Notes: generated by a model not told the origin, from the letters alone. Shown: positions 7,798 to 17,933, numbered from the stretch's first letter. The stretch: 64,000 nucleotides of DNA from an uncultured Prevotellaceae bacterium (GCA_902799905.1 CADCCB010000002.1:36810-100809); one strand, 5' to 3'. Made by a program: numbers and translations.

Positions 7798-8910
7798 ATG
7801 ATGACATTGACAAATAAACCGATTACATTCGATAAATTCGTGCGATGGCTCGTCTGGGGCATCATCGTTCTGGCCGTAGTCTGCCTTATCAACTATCTGG
7901 GCAGCGTGCTGCTGCCATTTGCCGTGGCCTGGCTGCTGGCCTACCTGCTTTACCCTATTGTCAAGTTCGTGCAGTACCGCCTCCATGTACGCAATCGTGT
8001 ACTGAGCATCATCATCACCCTTGTGGGGGTCATTGCCCTCCTATTCGGCATTTCCTATCTCATCATCCCGCCGATGATAGAGCAATTCCAGCGACTGGGC
8101 AACCTGGTCACCATTTATATCCATTCAGCGGCCAACATCGACAGCATCCCTGAGGCAGTGGGCGAATGGACACAAAACCACCGTAAGGAACTGGAGGATT
8201 TCCTGCATAGCGACCGCTTCACCGATGGACTGAAAACCGCCCTGCCGCAGATGTTCAACGTCGTAGGCAAGACGGCCAACATCATCATCAGCATCGCGGC
8301 CTCGCTCATCACCTTATTATATATGTTCTTCATCCTGCTGGACTATGAGTACCTGACGGAGAACTGGATCAAGATCTTCCCAAAGAAGAGCCGTCCGTTC
8401 TGGCGCGAACTGGCTACCGATGCAGAACGGGCACTGAGCAACTATATCCGCGGTCAGGGACTGGTGGCACTCATCATGGGCATCCTCTTCTGCATAGGCT
8501 TCACCATTATCGACTTCCCCATGGCTATCGGCCTGGGCATCTTGATCGGCATCCTCGACCTGGTGCCCTATCTCCACACGTTCGCCCTCATCCCCACGGC
8601 CTTGCTGGCCCTGCTCAAGGCTGCTGACACAGGGCAGAACTTCTGGGTCATTTTCGCTATGGCCGTCGCCGTCTTTGCCATCGTACAGATCATCATCGAC
8701 ATGGTGGTAACGCCAAAAGTCATGGGCAAGGCCATGGGACTCAACCCTGCCATCCTGTTGCTATCGCTCTCCATCTGGGGCGCTTTGCTAGGGTTTATCG
8801 GCCTGATTATCGCCCTCCCGCTAACCACGCTCCTAATGGCCTACTACCAGCGCTACATCACGCGTGAAAACGAGGAAATCGCTGAAGAGGCAGAAAAATC
8901 ATCGGAATAA
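7798..8910 (+). CDS. AI-2E family transporter
   Basis: Multiple TM helices, YIRGQGLVAL, PKVMGKAMGLNPAILLLSL, GFIGLIIALP. Confidence 0.9.
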   Translation: MMTLTNKPITFDKFVRWLVWGIIVLAVVCLINYLGSVLLPFAVAWLLAYLLYPIVKFVQYRLHVRNRVLSIIITLVGVIALLFGISYLIIPPMIEQFQRLGNLVTIYIHSAANIDSIPEAVGEWTQNHRKELEDFLHSDRFTDGLKTALPQMFNVVGKTANIIISIAASLITLLYMFFILLDYEYLTENWIKIFPKKSRPFWRELATDAERALSNYIRGQGLVALIMGILFCIGFTIIDFPMAIGLGILIGILDLVPYLHTFALIPTALLALLKAADTGQNFWVIFAMAVAVFAIVQIIIDMVVTPKVMGKAMGLNPAILLLSLSIWGALLGFIGLIIALPLTTLLMAYYQRYITRENEEIAEEAEKSSE

Positions 8911-8976
8911 ATTTGGCTGGTTCAAAAAAAGTTCGTACCTTTGCAGCCGATTTCGTTGAAATCACCTATAAAGGTT

Positions 8977-9049
8977 GATCCGCTAGCTCAGTCGGTAGAG
9001 CACAACACTTTTAATGTTGGGGTCTTGGGTTCGAACCCCAAGCGGATCA
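8977..9049 (+). tRNA. tRNA-Lys(TTT)
   Basis: Acceptor GATCCGC/GCGGATC, anticodon arm CAACA-CTTTTAA-TGTTG, GTTCGAA T-loop; promoter TACCTTTG at 8936-8943. Confidence 0.95.
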
Positions 9050-9050
9050 C

Positions 9051-9082
9051 AAAAGAGAGGCTTAAGGCCTCTCTTTTTGTTT
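9051..9082 (+). terminator. Intrinsic terminator after tRNA-Lys
   Basis: AAAAGAGAGG-loop-CCTCTCTTTT followed by TGTTT. Confidence 0.75.
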
Positions 9083-9255
9083 GCTTGGGGATCTCACCCA
9101 CACCTGGAACCTCCAGTTTCTCTTCTCTCGTAAAGCCCACGATTCTGCCCCTTTTTGTCGGCAGGATTTACAAAGAACATGAGTTTAATCGGATTCTTTG
9201 AAAAAAGTTTCTGAATCGTTTGGTCGTGTGGTTAAATTTAGTTACCTTTGCAGCG

Positions 9256-9516
9256 ATGAATAAGAAGGAAAAACTTATCAAGCGGTTCCGGACATTGCCC
9301 AAAGATTTTACCTTTGAAGAGGTAGAGGCATTGTTCAACGGCTGTGGCTTCACCCTGGAGAATAAAGGTGCCACATCTGGATCGCGAGTGAAGTTCTATA
9401 ACGAAAAGGATCAGAATTCGTATATCATGCACAAGCCCCATCCAAGTAACATCATCAAGGGCTACATGATGCGAGACATCTTGAACTATCTATTGAAGAA
9501 TGGCTATATAAAATAA
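9256..9516 (+). CDS. hicA: HicA-family toxin (type II TA)
   Basis: G..SGSRVKF...HKPHP motif, 86 aa, upstream of a hicB-like gene. Confidence 0.9.
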   Translation: MNKKEKLIKRFRTLPKDFTFEEVEALFNGCGFTLENKGATSGSRVKFYNEKDQNSYIMHKPHPSNIIKGYMMRDILNYLLKNGYIK

Positions 9517-9528
9517 GGAGGTACAATT

Positions 9529-9870
9529 ATGGGATATTTGAAGTATAAAGGCTACACAGGTAGCGTCGAGTATAGTGAAGAGGACAAATGCCTGTTTGGT
9601 AAGGTACAGGGCATGATGAGGGATAGCATCACATACGAGGGTGAGACCGTTGAGGAACTAACCAAGGACTTCGAGGGTGCTATTGATGACTACCTGCAGA
9701 TGTGTGAGGAGAAGGGCATCACACCCAGGAAACCTTATACTGGTGTGCTGAACGTCAGGTTAAGCCCAGAGATACATAGTGGTGCAGCAATGGCAGCCAG
9801 CAAGGAGGGCATCACCATCAACGCATTCATCAGAAATGCTGTTGCCCGTGCCTTGGGTATGGCACTCTAG
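9529..9870 (+). CDS. hicB: HicB-family antitoxin
   Basis: YKGYTGSVEYS, FEGAIDDYL, KPYTGVLNVRLSPEIH...S.NAFI (RHH). Confidence 0.9.
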   Translation: MGYLKYKGYTGSVEYSEEDKCLFGKVQGMMRDSITYEGETVEELTKDFEGAIDDYLQMCEEKGITPRKPYTGVLNVRLSPEIHSGAAMAASKEGITINAFIRNAVARALGMAL

Positions 9871-9925
9871 TTTCATGCTCAAAAAATTCCGCCAGTTGGG
9901 GCGCAATCCCAAGCGGATCATAAGC

Positions 9926-9969
9926 AAAAAGGCTCGAAGTGAAAGATATTTCAAACTTCGAGCCTTTTT
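9926..9969. terminator. Bidirectional terminator
   Basis: AAAAAGGCTCGAAGT ... ACTTCGAGCCTTTTTT between convergent genes. Confidence 0.8.
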
Positions 9970-9986
9970 TGTTTAGTTCATCATTG

Positions 9987-10340
9987 CTATTCCAAATACT
10001 TTGCAATGAGCGTCAGACACTGTTCGCTACTGACTGGCTTTGCCAAGAAATCGTCACATCCGGCATCAAGGGCCAACTGCCGGTCACTCTCGAATGCATT
10101 GGCTGTCAGAGCGATGACCGGCATTTCCGGATGCGCCTCTTTGATCTTTGCCGTTGCCTCCAAGCCGTCCATCACTGGCATTTTGATATCCATCAGCACC
10201 AAGTCAATACCACCAGCCTCAACCATATCAACAGCCTCCTTGCCATTGCATGCCCTGACATACTCATAACGCTTCCTAAGGATATAAGTCATCAGGATAT
10301 AGTTGCTGTCATTGTCTTCCGCAATAAGAATCTTCTTCAT
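9987..10340 (-). CDS. Single-domain response regulator (CheY-like receiver)
   Basis: ILIAEDN, LMDIKMPVMDG, ALTA, FLAKP. Confidence 0.92.
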   Translation of the reverse strand: MKKILIAEDNDSNYILMTYILRKRYEYVRACNGKEAVDMVEAGGIDLVLMDIKMPVMDGLEATAKIKEAHPEMPVIALTANAFESDRQLALDAGCDDFLAKPVSSEQCLTLIAKYLE

Positions 10341-10490
10341 GTTGATAATCTTTTTCGTTAATTTGTCACAAAAGTAGTACTTTTCTTTGGCATTCCCTTG
10401 CTTCTTTTGAAACTTTTAACTAATTTTGCACGAGAAGGAGTTTTTTTGTCCTAATAAGTCAATTACTAACAACTATTATTATAACGAAAC

Positions 10491-12497
10491 ATGAAACTTA
10501 AACTGTTCACTTTTGCACTGACACTTGCGGCATCGTTCTCGGCTCAGGCCCAGCACACAATGGATGTAAACACCAAGAAACTGGGAGCACCCGTATCGTC
10601 AACCATGTATGGCCTGTTCTTCGAGGACATCAACTATGCCGCTGACGGCGGTTTGTATGCCGAACTCGTGGCAAACCGCTCGTTCGAGTTCCCCAACCAT
10701 TTTGCCGGATGGGACATCTCGGGCAAAGTAACACTGAAGGACGACGGTCCCTTCGACAAGAATCCCCACTATGTGCGCCTGGCCCCCTCTGGACATAACG
10801 ATAAGCACACCATGATTGAGAACCGAGGGTTCTTCGGTATGGGTGTGAAGGGTGGCGAGGAATACCGCTTCAGCGTATGGGCCCGTGTACCTGATGGCGG
10901 CAGTTCCAAACTGTGGATCGACCTTGTTGACAACGCCACGATGGGCGATGACCAGAAACTGGGCAATGCCAGCGTAGATATCAGCGGCAAGGAGTGGAAG
11001 AAATATACCACCACCATCAAGCCCAAGCGAACCTTTGCCAAGGCCCACCTCCGCGTGTGGGGCGACAGCAAGGTGACGACCGATGTGGAGCATGTCAGCC
11101 TCTTCCCCGTGAAGACCTATAAAGGTCGTGAGAACGGCCTGCGCGAGGATCTCGCCAAGGCCCTGGAGGATGTTCACCCCGGCGTGTTCCGCTTCCCCGG
11201 CGGATGTATCGTTGAGGGTACCGACCTCGCCACGCGCTATCAGTGGAAAAACACAGTGGGCCCCGTTGAGAACCGCCCATTGAACGAGAACCGCTGGCAC
11301 TACACCTTCACCAGCCGTTACTTCCCCGATTATTATCAGACCTACGGCCTGGGCTTCTTCGAGTTCTTCCAACTCTGCGAAGACATCGGTGCCGAGCCCC
11401 TGCCTGTGCTCTCAGTAGGACTGTCCTGTCAGTTCCAGAACAAGAGCGAGAATGCCCATGTAGCCATGGACCAGTTGCAGCCATACATCGATGATTGTCT
11501 CGATCTCATCGAGTTTGCCAATGGTCCCGTGGATTCCAAATGGGGCAAGGTACGCGCCGACATGGGCCATCCCGATCCCTTCAACATGAAGTATATCGGC
11601 ATCGGCAACGAGCAGTGGGACACGCCATACTTTGAGCGTCTGAAGCCCTTCGTGGCAGCCGTTCGCGCAAAATATCCCAACATCAAGATAGTAGGTACCA
11701 GTGGCCCCGACTCCGAGGGCAAGATGTTTGACAAAGGCTGGGTGGCCATGAAGGACCAGAAGGCCGACCTGGTGGACGAGCATTTCTATCGCAACGAGCA
11801 GTGGTTCCTGGGCACCGCCCCCAAGGATCGCTATCCCAATTGCGGCGCTTTGCGCTACGACTCCTACGACCGCAAGGGGCCGAAGGTCTTTGCCGGCGAG
11901 TATGCATGTCACGGCAACGGCAAGAAATGGAACCACTTTGAGACCTCACTCTACGAGGCTGCTTTCATGACAGGCATCGAGCGCAATGCCGACATCGTCG
12001 AGATGGCCACCTACGCTCCCCTCTTTGCCCATGTTGAAGGCTGGCAGTGGCGTCCTGACATGATCTGGTACGACAACCTGCGCATGTTCAAGAGCGTCTC
12101 ATACTATGTGCAGCAGATGTATGCCATGAACAAGGGCACCAACGTGCTCTCTCTCACGATGGACAAGCAGCCTGTGGCAGGCCAGCCCGGCCAGGACGGA
12201 CTCTTCGCATCCAGCGTCTTCGACAAGACAACCGGTGAGATTATCATCAAGGTGATAAACACCTCGAAGCAGGCACAGCCCATCACCCTCAACCTGCAAG
12301 GCATCAAGGGCGAGCGCACCGCCGAGACCCTCACCCTGAGTCACAATGGCTCGATGGATGACGAGAACACCCTCGACCAGCCTGAGAAGATCAAGCCAGT
12401 GGAAGGTTCTGTAAAGTGCACTTCAGACAAGAAGCAGACGGTGCTCAACGACCAGTTGCCAGCCATGTCGTTCCGACTCTATAAGATTAAGAAATAA
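10491..12497 (+). CDS. Alpha-L-arabinofuranosidase (GH51) with signal peptide
   Basis: YGLFFEDINYAADGGLYAEL, RFPGGC, IGNEQW, DEHFY, GEYA, MATYAPL. Confidence 0.93.
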   Translation: MKLKLFTFALTLAASFSAQAQHTMDVNTKKLGAPVSSTMYGLFFEDINYAADGGLYAELVANRSFEFPNHFAGWDISGKVTLKDDGPFDKNPHYVRLAPSGHNDKHTMIENRGFFGMGVKGGEEYRFSVWARVPDGGSSKLWIDLVDNATMGDDQKLGNASVDISGKEWKKYTTTIKPKRTFAKAHLRVWGDSKVTTDVEHVSLFPVKTYKGRENGLREDLAKALEDVHPGVFRFPGGCIVEGTDLATRYQWKNTVGPVENRPLNENRWHYTFTSRYFPDYYQTYGLGFFEFFQLCEDIGAEPLPVLSVGLSCQFQNKSENAHVAMDQLQPYIDDCLDLIEFANGPVDSKWGKVRADMGHPDPFNMKYIGIGNEQWDTPYFERLKPFVAAVRAKYPNIKIVGTSGPDSEGKMFDKGWVAMKDQKADLVDEHFYRNEQWFLGTAPKDRYPNCGALRYDSYDRKGPKVFAGEYACHGNGKKWNHFETSLYEAAFMTGIERNADIVEMATYAPLFAHVEGWQWRPDMIWYDNLRMFKSVSYYVQQMYAMNKGTNVLSLTMDKQPVAGQPGQDGLFASSVFDKTTGEIIIKVINTSKQAQPITLNLQGIKGERTAETLTLSHNGSMDDENTLDQPEKIKPVEGSVKCTSDKKQTVLNDQLPAMSFRLYKIKK

Positions 12498-12532
12498 CTT
12501 TCTCGCTCTCGCAAATACCTTTTGCTCAGTCT

Positions 12533-12578
12533 TTAGAGGTGAGAGGTGAGTGTTCGATCTCTCACCCCTCACCTCTAA
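12533..12578. terminator. Hairpin built from heptamer repeats (likely terminator or stabiliser)
   Basis: TTAGAGGTGAGAGGTGAG / CTCACCCCTCACCTCTAA, 18-bp arms with one mismatch. Confidence 0.6.
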
Positions 12579-12678
12579 TAGTTGAGCATGTGAAACATGC
12601 GAAACTTGAACGACTAAGACACTATTTCCCAAAATTATTTGGTGATTATTGGAAAAATCAGTAACTTTGCATCCTATT

Positions 12679-13644
12679 ATGGCCGTAGCAAACCTGATAA
12701 CCAAGAACAGCGACGAACACCAGTTTTCGTTCGAGGTGCTGCCCCCTCTGAAGGGGACAGGCACGGAGCGGCTGTTTGCCGACATAGAAAAACTCTGCAA
12801 ACTGAACCCCGCTTTCATCAACATCACCACACATCATAGCGAGTTTGTATATCGTGAAATGAGCGACGGACGCTTCGAGCGTCAAAGCCTGCGCCTGCGC
12901 CCTGGCACCATTGCCGTGGCAGCAGCCATTCAGCAGCGGTTTAAGGTACCCGTTCAGCCCCATGTGATATGCAGCGGAGCGACGATAGAGGATATTGAAT
13001 ATGAGTTGCTGGACTTACAGTTCCTTGGCATCACCGACCTGCTGCTGCTCCGTGGTGACAAGGCAAAAGAGGACCGTGTGTTTACCCCGACTCCAGGCGG
13101 ACATCGTCACACCACTGATCTGATTCGCCAGGTACAGCGCTTCAACGAGGGTTTCTTTGCTAACGGCGAACCCATCAAGAATCCTGGCGCGAAGTTCGAC
13201 ATCGGCGTGGCCTGCTATCCGGAAAAACACGAAGAAGCGCCCAATCTGGAAATGGACATGCAGTATCTGAAAGAGAAGCAGGACCTGGGTGCACAGTATG
13301 CCGTGACACAACTGTTCTACGACAACGAGAAATACTTTGCTTTCGTCGAGAAGGCACGCCAGATGGGTATCACCATCCCTATCATACCTGGTATCAAACC
13401 ACTGGCCAAGTTGAGCCAACTCAGCGTGGTACCCCGTACGTTCCATTGCGACATCCCCGAAGCGCTGGCACGCGAGATCGTGAAATGCAAGACGGACGAG
13501 GATGCCAAGCAACTGGGCATTGAGTGGACAGTAAAGCAGTGCCGTGAACTCTACGCACACGGCGTGAACGATATACATTTCTATACCGTGGGTGCTGTGG
13601 ACTCGGTGGTGGAGATAGTGAAGCAATTGAAAGAAAAAGAGTGA
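12679..13644 (+). CDS. metF: 5,10-methylenetetrahydrofolate reductase
   Basis: FSFEVLPP, PHVICSG, LRGD, VACYPEKH, AVTQLFYD, HFYT; ATG 12679 downstream of TAACTTTG at 12662-12669. Confidence 0.92.
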   Translation: MAVANLITKNSDEHQFSFEVLPPLKGTGTERLFADIEKLCKLNPAFINITTHHSEFVYREMSDGRFERQSLRLRPGTIAVAAAIQQRFKVPVQPHVICSGATIEDIEYELLDLQFLGITDLLLLRGDKAKEDRVFTPTPGGHRHTTDLIRQVQRFNEGFFANGEPIKNPGAKFDIGVACYPEKHEEAPNLEMDMQYLKEKQDLGAQYAVTQLFYDNEKYFAFVEKARQMGITIPIIPGIKPLAKLSQLSVVPRTFHCDIPEALAREIVKCKTDEDAKQLGIEWTVKQCRELYAHGVNDIHFYTVGAVDSVVEIVKQLKEKE

Positions 13645-14783
13645 CGTTCAATGAGGTCATAGGACAACAGGAAGTGCAAGAGCGCTTGGTGCAGATGGTC
13701 AGCGAAGGCCGTCTGCCACATGCCATGATGCTCTGCGGGCCGGCTGGCAGCGGCAAACTGGCACTGGCAGTGGCCTTCGGGTGCTATCTGCTGAACAGGA
13801 AGCCGAATAATCCGATGTTTCCGGACGATCCGGATAATCAGGAATCTCCTATGCTGCGCAAACTGGAGCATCCAGACCTGCACTTCACCTACCCTACCAT
13901 CAAACTGCCGTCAATGGGTACCGACCATAAACCGGTCAGTGACGATTTCGCCCGCGAGTGGCACGAACTGATCATGCAGGGTCCCTATTTTACGCTTGAC
14001 CAGTGGCTGACTGCCATCGGAGCAGAGAATCAGCAGGCCATCATTACGGCTGGCGAGAGCGATGAACTGGTCAGGAAACTGTCACTCAAATCAAGCCAAG
14101 GCGGATATAAAGTCAGCATCATCTGGCTGCCAGAGCGCATGAACATCGAATGTGCCAACAAACTGCTGAAACTCATAGAGGAGCCTCCCACACAAACCGT
14201 TTTCCTGATGGTGTGCCAAGAGCCCGACAAGTTGCTGGAGACCATCCGCAGCCGCGTGCAGCGCATCGATGTGAAGAAACTGCCGGATGACATCATCCGA
14301 CAGGGACTCATTGAGCGGCGAGGCATCGACGAGGAGTCTGCGCGGCGCATCAGCCGCATGAGCAACGGCTCATGGATGAAAGCCCTCGAGGCCCTGCAGG
14401 TGGACAATGAGAACAAGCAATTTCTGGATTTGTTCATCCAACTGATGAGACTGGCCTACCAGCGCAACGTGAAGGAACTGCGCAAATGGAGCGAGACGAT
14501 GGCTGCCTTCGGCCGTGAGAAGCAGAAGCGCTTCCTGGAGTTCTTCCTTAGAATGACGCGTGAGAACTTCATGTACAATTTCCAGCAAGCCGACTTGTGC
14601 TATATGACACAGGAGGAAGAAGCCTTCGCCCGCAACTTTGCCCGTTTCATCAACGAGGCAAATGTTTTGCAACTCTATGAACTGTCCAATCGGGCCATCC
14701 GGGACATCGGACAGAACGCCAACGCGAAAATCGTGTTTTTCGACTTTGCCCTGCAAGTCATTGTATTGCTAATTCAAAAATAG
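13641..14783 (+). CDS. holB: DNA polymerase III subunit delta'
   Basis: GPAGSGK, HPDL, ANKLLKLIEEPP, TIRSR. Confidence 0.9.
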   Translation: MTFNEVIGQQEVQERLVQMVSEGRLPHAMMLCGPAGSGKLALAVAFGCYLLNRKPNNPMFPDDPDNQESPMLRKLEHPDLHFTYPTIKLPSMGTDHKPVSDDFAREWHELIMQGPYFTLDQWLTAIGAENQQAIITAGESDELVRKLSLKSSQGGYKVSIIWLPERMNIECANKLLKLIEEPPTQTVFLMVCQEPDKLLETIRSRVQRIDVKKLPDDIIRQGLIERRGIDEESARRISRMSNGSWMKALEALQVDNENKQFLDLFIQLMRLAYQRNVKELRKWSETMAAFGREKQKRFLEFFLRMTRENFMYNFQQADLCYMTQEEEAFARNFARFINEANVLQLYELSNRAIRDIGQNANAKIVFFDFALQVIVLLIQK

Positions 14784-14789
14784 AAATAG

Positions 14790-16007
14790 ATGGAAGAGAA
14801 ACAAAGAACCTATGAGATACGAACTGGCTGCGACAGAGGACTCTGTCGCGCTGCCGTAGGCCGTCAGGACCGCCAACTGAACACCTATGACTGGCTGGCC
14901 GATGTACCTGGCAACACCGATACGACCGACTTGGTAGAGGTACAGTTCAAGCATACGCGTAAAGGCTACTACCACAACGTGAACAATCTTCCGCTGAAGA
15001 AAGGTGATATCGTTGCCGTTGAGGCCAACCCAGGACACGATATCGGTGTGGTAACATTGACCGGCCGACTGGTAAACCTGCAAATCAAAAAGGCCAATTT
15101 GAAAAGCGCCGATGACATCAAGCGCATCTACCGCCTGGCACGCCAAGTGGACATGGACAAGTTCCGTGAAGCCAAAGCACGCGAGCATGCCACGATGATT
15201 GAGAGCCGTGAGATAGCCCAGGGCCTTGGTCTGAAGATGAAAATAGGTGATGTAGAATACCAAGGAGACGGACAGAAAGCCATCTTCTACTATATCGCTG
15301 ACGAGCGCGTGGACTTCCGCCAACTCATCAAGGACTTAGCCGCCGCCTTCCACGTTCGCATCGAGATGAAGCAGATCGGTGCTCGTCAGGAGGCAGGCCG
15401 CATTGGCGGTACCGGTCCCTGTGGACGTGAATTGTGCTGCGCTACATGGATGAAGAATTTTGTGAGCGTCTCCACGGGTGCAGCCCGCTACCAGGATATC
15501 TCGCTGAACCCCCAGAAACTGGCAGGTATGTGTGCCAAACTGAAGTGCTGCCTGAACTACGAGGTCGATGACTACATCGAACATGGCAGGAAACTGCCCA
15601 ACCGCGAAATCGTACTACAGACACTTGACGCGGACTATTTCTACTTCAAAGCCGACATCCTGGGTGGACTGATTACCTACTCGACCGATAAGCGTATCGC
15701 CGCCAATCTGGAGACCATCACTGCCGAACGCGCTAAGGCAATCATCGAGATGAACCGCCGTGGCGAGAAACCTGCCAGTCTGCAGGACGAAGGCCTGCAA
15801 CAGAAGAAGAAACAGGAAGGCCCAGTAGACCTGCTGGCCGGCGACAGCATCACCCGCTTCGACAAGAGCAAGAAGAAAAAGAAGAAGAAAAAGCCTCAGC
15901 AGCAGGCTCCTCAAGGTAACGAAGCACCAAGCAACAAAGAGAAGAAACACCAGAAACCTCAGGAGCAACAGACCAAGAGCGAAGCAAAGAATGAGCCCAA
16001 GGAATAG
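14790..16007 (+). CDS. PSP1/RicT (stage 0 sporulation YaaT-like) family protein
   Basis: RVDFRQLIKDLA..F..RIEMKQIGARQEA..IGG.GPCGRELCC, KLAGMC.KLKCCL.YE. Confidence 0.9.
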   Translation: MEEKQRTYEIRTGCDRGLCRAAVGRQDRQLNTYDWLADVPGNTDTTDLVEVQFKHTRKGYYHNVNNLPLKKGDIVAVEANPGHDIGVVTLTGRLVNLQIKKANLKSADDIKRIYRLARQVDMDKFREAKAREHATMIESREIAQGLGLKMKIGDVEYQGDGQKAIFYYIADERVDFRQLIKDLAAAFHVRIEMKQIGARQEAGRIGGTGPCGRELCCATWMKNFVSVSTGAARYQDISLNPQKLAGMCAKLKCCLNYEVDDYIEHGRKLPNREIVLQTLDADYFYFKADILGGLITYSTDKRIAANLETITAERAKAIIEMNRRGEKPASLQDEGLQQKKKQEGPVDLLAGDSITRFDKSKKKKKKKKPQQQAPQGNEAPSNKEKKHQKPQEQQTKSEAKNEPKE

Positions 16008-16464
16008 ATGGACAACCGCCCTTCTGGGCTTCGTCATATTGGCTTTGGCGGCCTGTCAGCAAAGGGCTGCCTACAGCCATTATGAGCCAGTATCCCTTAA
16101 CGGATGGAACCGTGAGGACACGGTTAAATTCACATTCGGCCCTGTCACCGAAAGCAATAGTTTCAGAAAGACACTTGGACTGAGGGCCAGTCTCGACTAC
16201 CCGTTTACCAACCTGTCGCTGATTGTTGAGCAGGAAGTGATGCCATCAGGAACAGTAAAATGCGACACCTTGGATATATCACTGATTGACATTGATGGCT
16301 CTCCTAAGGGAAAAGGTGTCAACCATTATCAATACGATATTCCGCTTAATAGTATCTCATTGCTCGCAGGCGAAACTCTCTATGTAAGCATCCGTCACAA
16401 CATGAAGCGAGAGAATCTGCCAGGCATCAGCGATATCGGCCTTACCCTAGAAGAACAGCCTTAA
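15991..16464 (+). CDS. gldH: GldH-family lipoprotein
   Basis: Lipobox LAAC, GWNREDT, YPFTNLSL, G.PKGKG, HNMKR.NLPGISDIG; follows the PSP1 gene. Confidence 0.8.
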   Translation: MSPRNRWTTALLGFVILALAACQQRAAYSHYEPVSLNGWNREDTVKFTFGPVTESNSFRKTLGLRASLDYPFTNLSLIVEQEVMPSGTVKCDTLDISLIDIDGSPKGKGVNHYQYDIPLNSISLLAGETLYVSIRHNMKRENLPGISDIGLTLEEQP

Positions 16465-17933
16465 TAATCGTTTACCCTATGACGCCCTGCATCTATGCGC
16501 AGGAAAACAAACAAGAGGAATGTAAAGCCCCACAGAGACGAACCGCCATAGGAGAAAAACGGTAATGGAATGCCGATAACAGGCGTCAGGCCCAACACCA
16601 TACCCACATTGATGAATACATGGAACAGGAATATGGACAGCACACAATAGCCATATACCCTTCCGAAGGTTGACACCTGCCGCTCAGCCAAATGGATGAG
16701 ACGCAGTATCAGAGCCAAGAACAGAAGCAACGCTCCAGCAGCCCCCACAAAGCCTTCCTCCTCACCTACTGTGCAGAAGATGAAATCTGTCTCCTGCTCA
16801 GGCACGTATTTCAGTTTTGTCTGCGTGCCGTTCAGGAATCCCTTTCCTTCCAGACCGCCAGAACCGATGGCTATCTCACTCTGATGCACATTATAGCCGG
16901 CACCCTTCAAGTCATCCTCCAGTCCCAATAACACATTGATACGCGTTCGCTGATGCTTCTCCAGTACGTGGTTCAGTGCATAGTCGGCAGAACTGAAAAA
17001 GAATATCGAGCCGATGGCAAAACCTCCTATCCACAGGTAAACCTTCATTTGGGTTTCCAAAGCCCTCCATATCAGATAGCCCACCAGTAGCACACTCAAG
17101 GTCACCTGCACCCAAAACAGGTCGAAGGGAATGACATAGATCGAGAAGAGCAGACAGAGCAAGGTGATGCCCAGACAGAGCCCCAGCACACGCATGGCCT
17201 CTTGCCAGTTTCTGCTGTAGATGCCAACCATAACCGTCGTAAACAGTTGTATCAGCACAAACACAACAAACTTTCCTACAGAGGTCGGCGTGTCGAAAAG
17301 CAACGGTTCAGCGTAGCGGATACCTAAGACGAAATAGAGCACCATCGCCACACCCGTAAAGAGAACGCTGCCCGTCATACCCTCACGGTAGAGCATCAGG
17401 AAGAACGACAGATAGACCAGTGCCGATCCCGTCTCGCGCTGTCCCACGATGAACAGCATCGGCACGAAAATGATGGCAAGCGTTATCAACAGGTCTTTCA
17501 CCTTATGGATGTCGTAGCCGTACTTATCCATGAACTTAGCCAGCGCAAGTGCCGTGGTGAACTTAGCAAACTCGGCCGGCTGCAGCCTCAGCGGTCCCAG
17601 CACCAGCCACGACCGGGAGCCCTTGATGGTGTGCGGATTGAAAATCGTTGCAAAAAGCAACAATAGCATAACACCGAAAAGAACATAGGCAAAAGTGCTA
17701 TAGAAGCGGTCGTCAAGTAGTATCAGCACCAATCCCAACATCAGCGAAGTGCCTATCCACACCACTTGCATACCGGAGCGTGTAGAGAGTGACAGCAAGT
17801 CAGTATCACCATAGGTATAACTGGCACCACAGACACTCACCCAGCCGAACGACAGCAGGGCGACATAGATGAGGATGGTCCACCAGTCGAGTGAGCGGAG
17901 CAAACCTGGATTCTTATCTGACTTCTGTGCCAT
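16461..17933 (-). CDS. rodA: Rod shape-determining protein RodA
   Basis: LQPAEFAK, GYNVHQSEIAIGSGG, PEQETDFIF, PFFSYGGSS. Confidence 0.95.
   Translation of the reverse strand: MAQKSDKNPGLLRSLDWWTILIYVALLSFGWVSVCGASYTYGDTDLLSLSTRSGMQVVWIGTSLMLGLVLILLDDRFYSTFAYVLFGVMLLLLFATIFNPHTIKGSRSWLVLGPLRLQPAEFAKFTTALALAKFMDKYGYDIHKVKDLLITLAIIFVPMLFIVGQRETGSALVYLSFFLMLYREGMTGSVLFTGVAMVLYFVLGIRYAEPLLFDTPTSVGKFVVFVLIQLFTTVMVGIYSRNWQEAMRVLGLCLGITLLCLLFSIYVIPFDLFWVQVTLSVLLVGYLIWRALETQMKVYLWIGGFAIGSIFFFSSADYALNHVLEKHQRTRINVLLGLEDDLKGAGYNVHQSEIAIGSGGLEGKGFLNGTQTKLKYVPEQETDFIFCTVGEEEGFVGAAGALLLFLALILRLIHLAERQVSTFGRVYGYCVLSIFLFHVFINVGMVLGLTPVIGIPLPFFSYGGSSLWGFTFLLFVFLRIDAGRHRVNDY

Larger units (their letters stand above)
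9037..9920 (+). mobile_element. Minimal islet at tRNA-Lys carrying only hicAB, bounded by a 13-bp direct repeat of the tRNA 3' end
   Basis: CCCAAGCGGATCA at 9037-9049 and 9908-9920. Confidence 0.6.

Noticed and set aside
7657-7986. Short ORFs with [11 protein letters not shown]-like repeats (also 4026-4229, 7698-7892)
   Set aside because: These are translations of heptamer tracts overlapping real genes, not credible proteins.
12575-12612. Hammerhead ribozyme-like stem (TTGA-GCATGT-GAA-ACATGC-GAAAC)
   Set aside because: Stem II and GAAAC are present, but the required CUGANGA core is not (TAGTTGA), and no convincing stems I/III were found.
15991-16464. gldH as evidence of gliding motility
   Set aside because: It is a lone gldH in the conserved holB-PSP1-gldH context; no gldK-N or spr motor genes are in the window.
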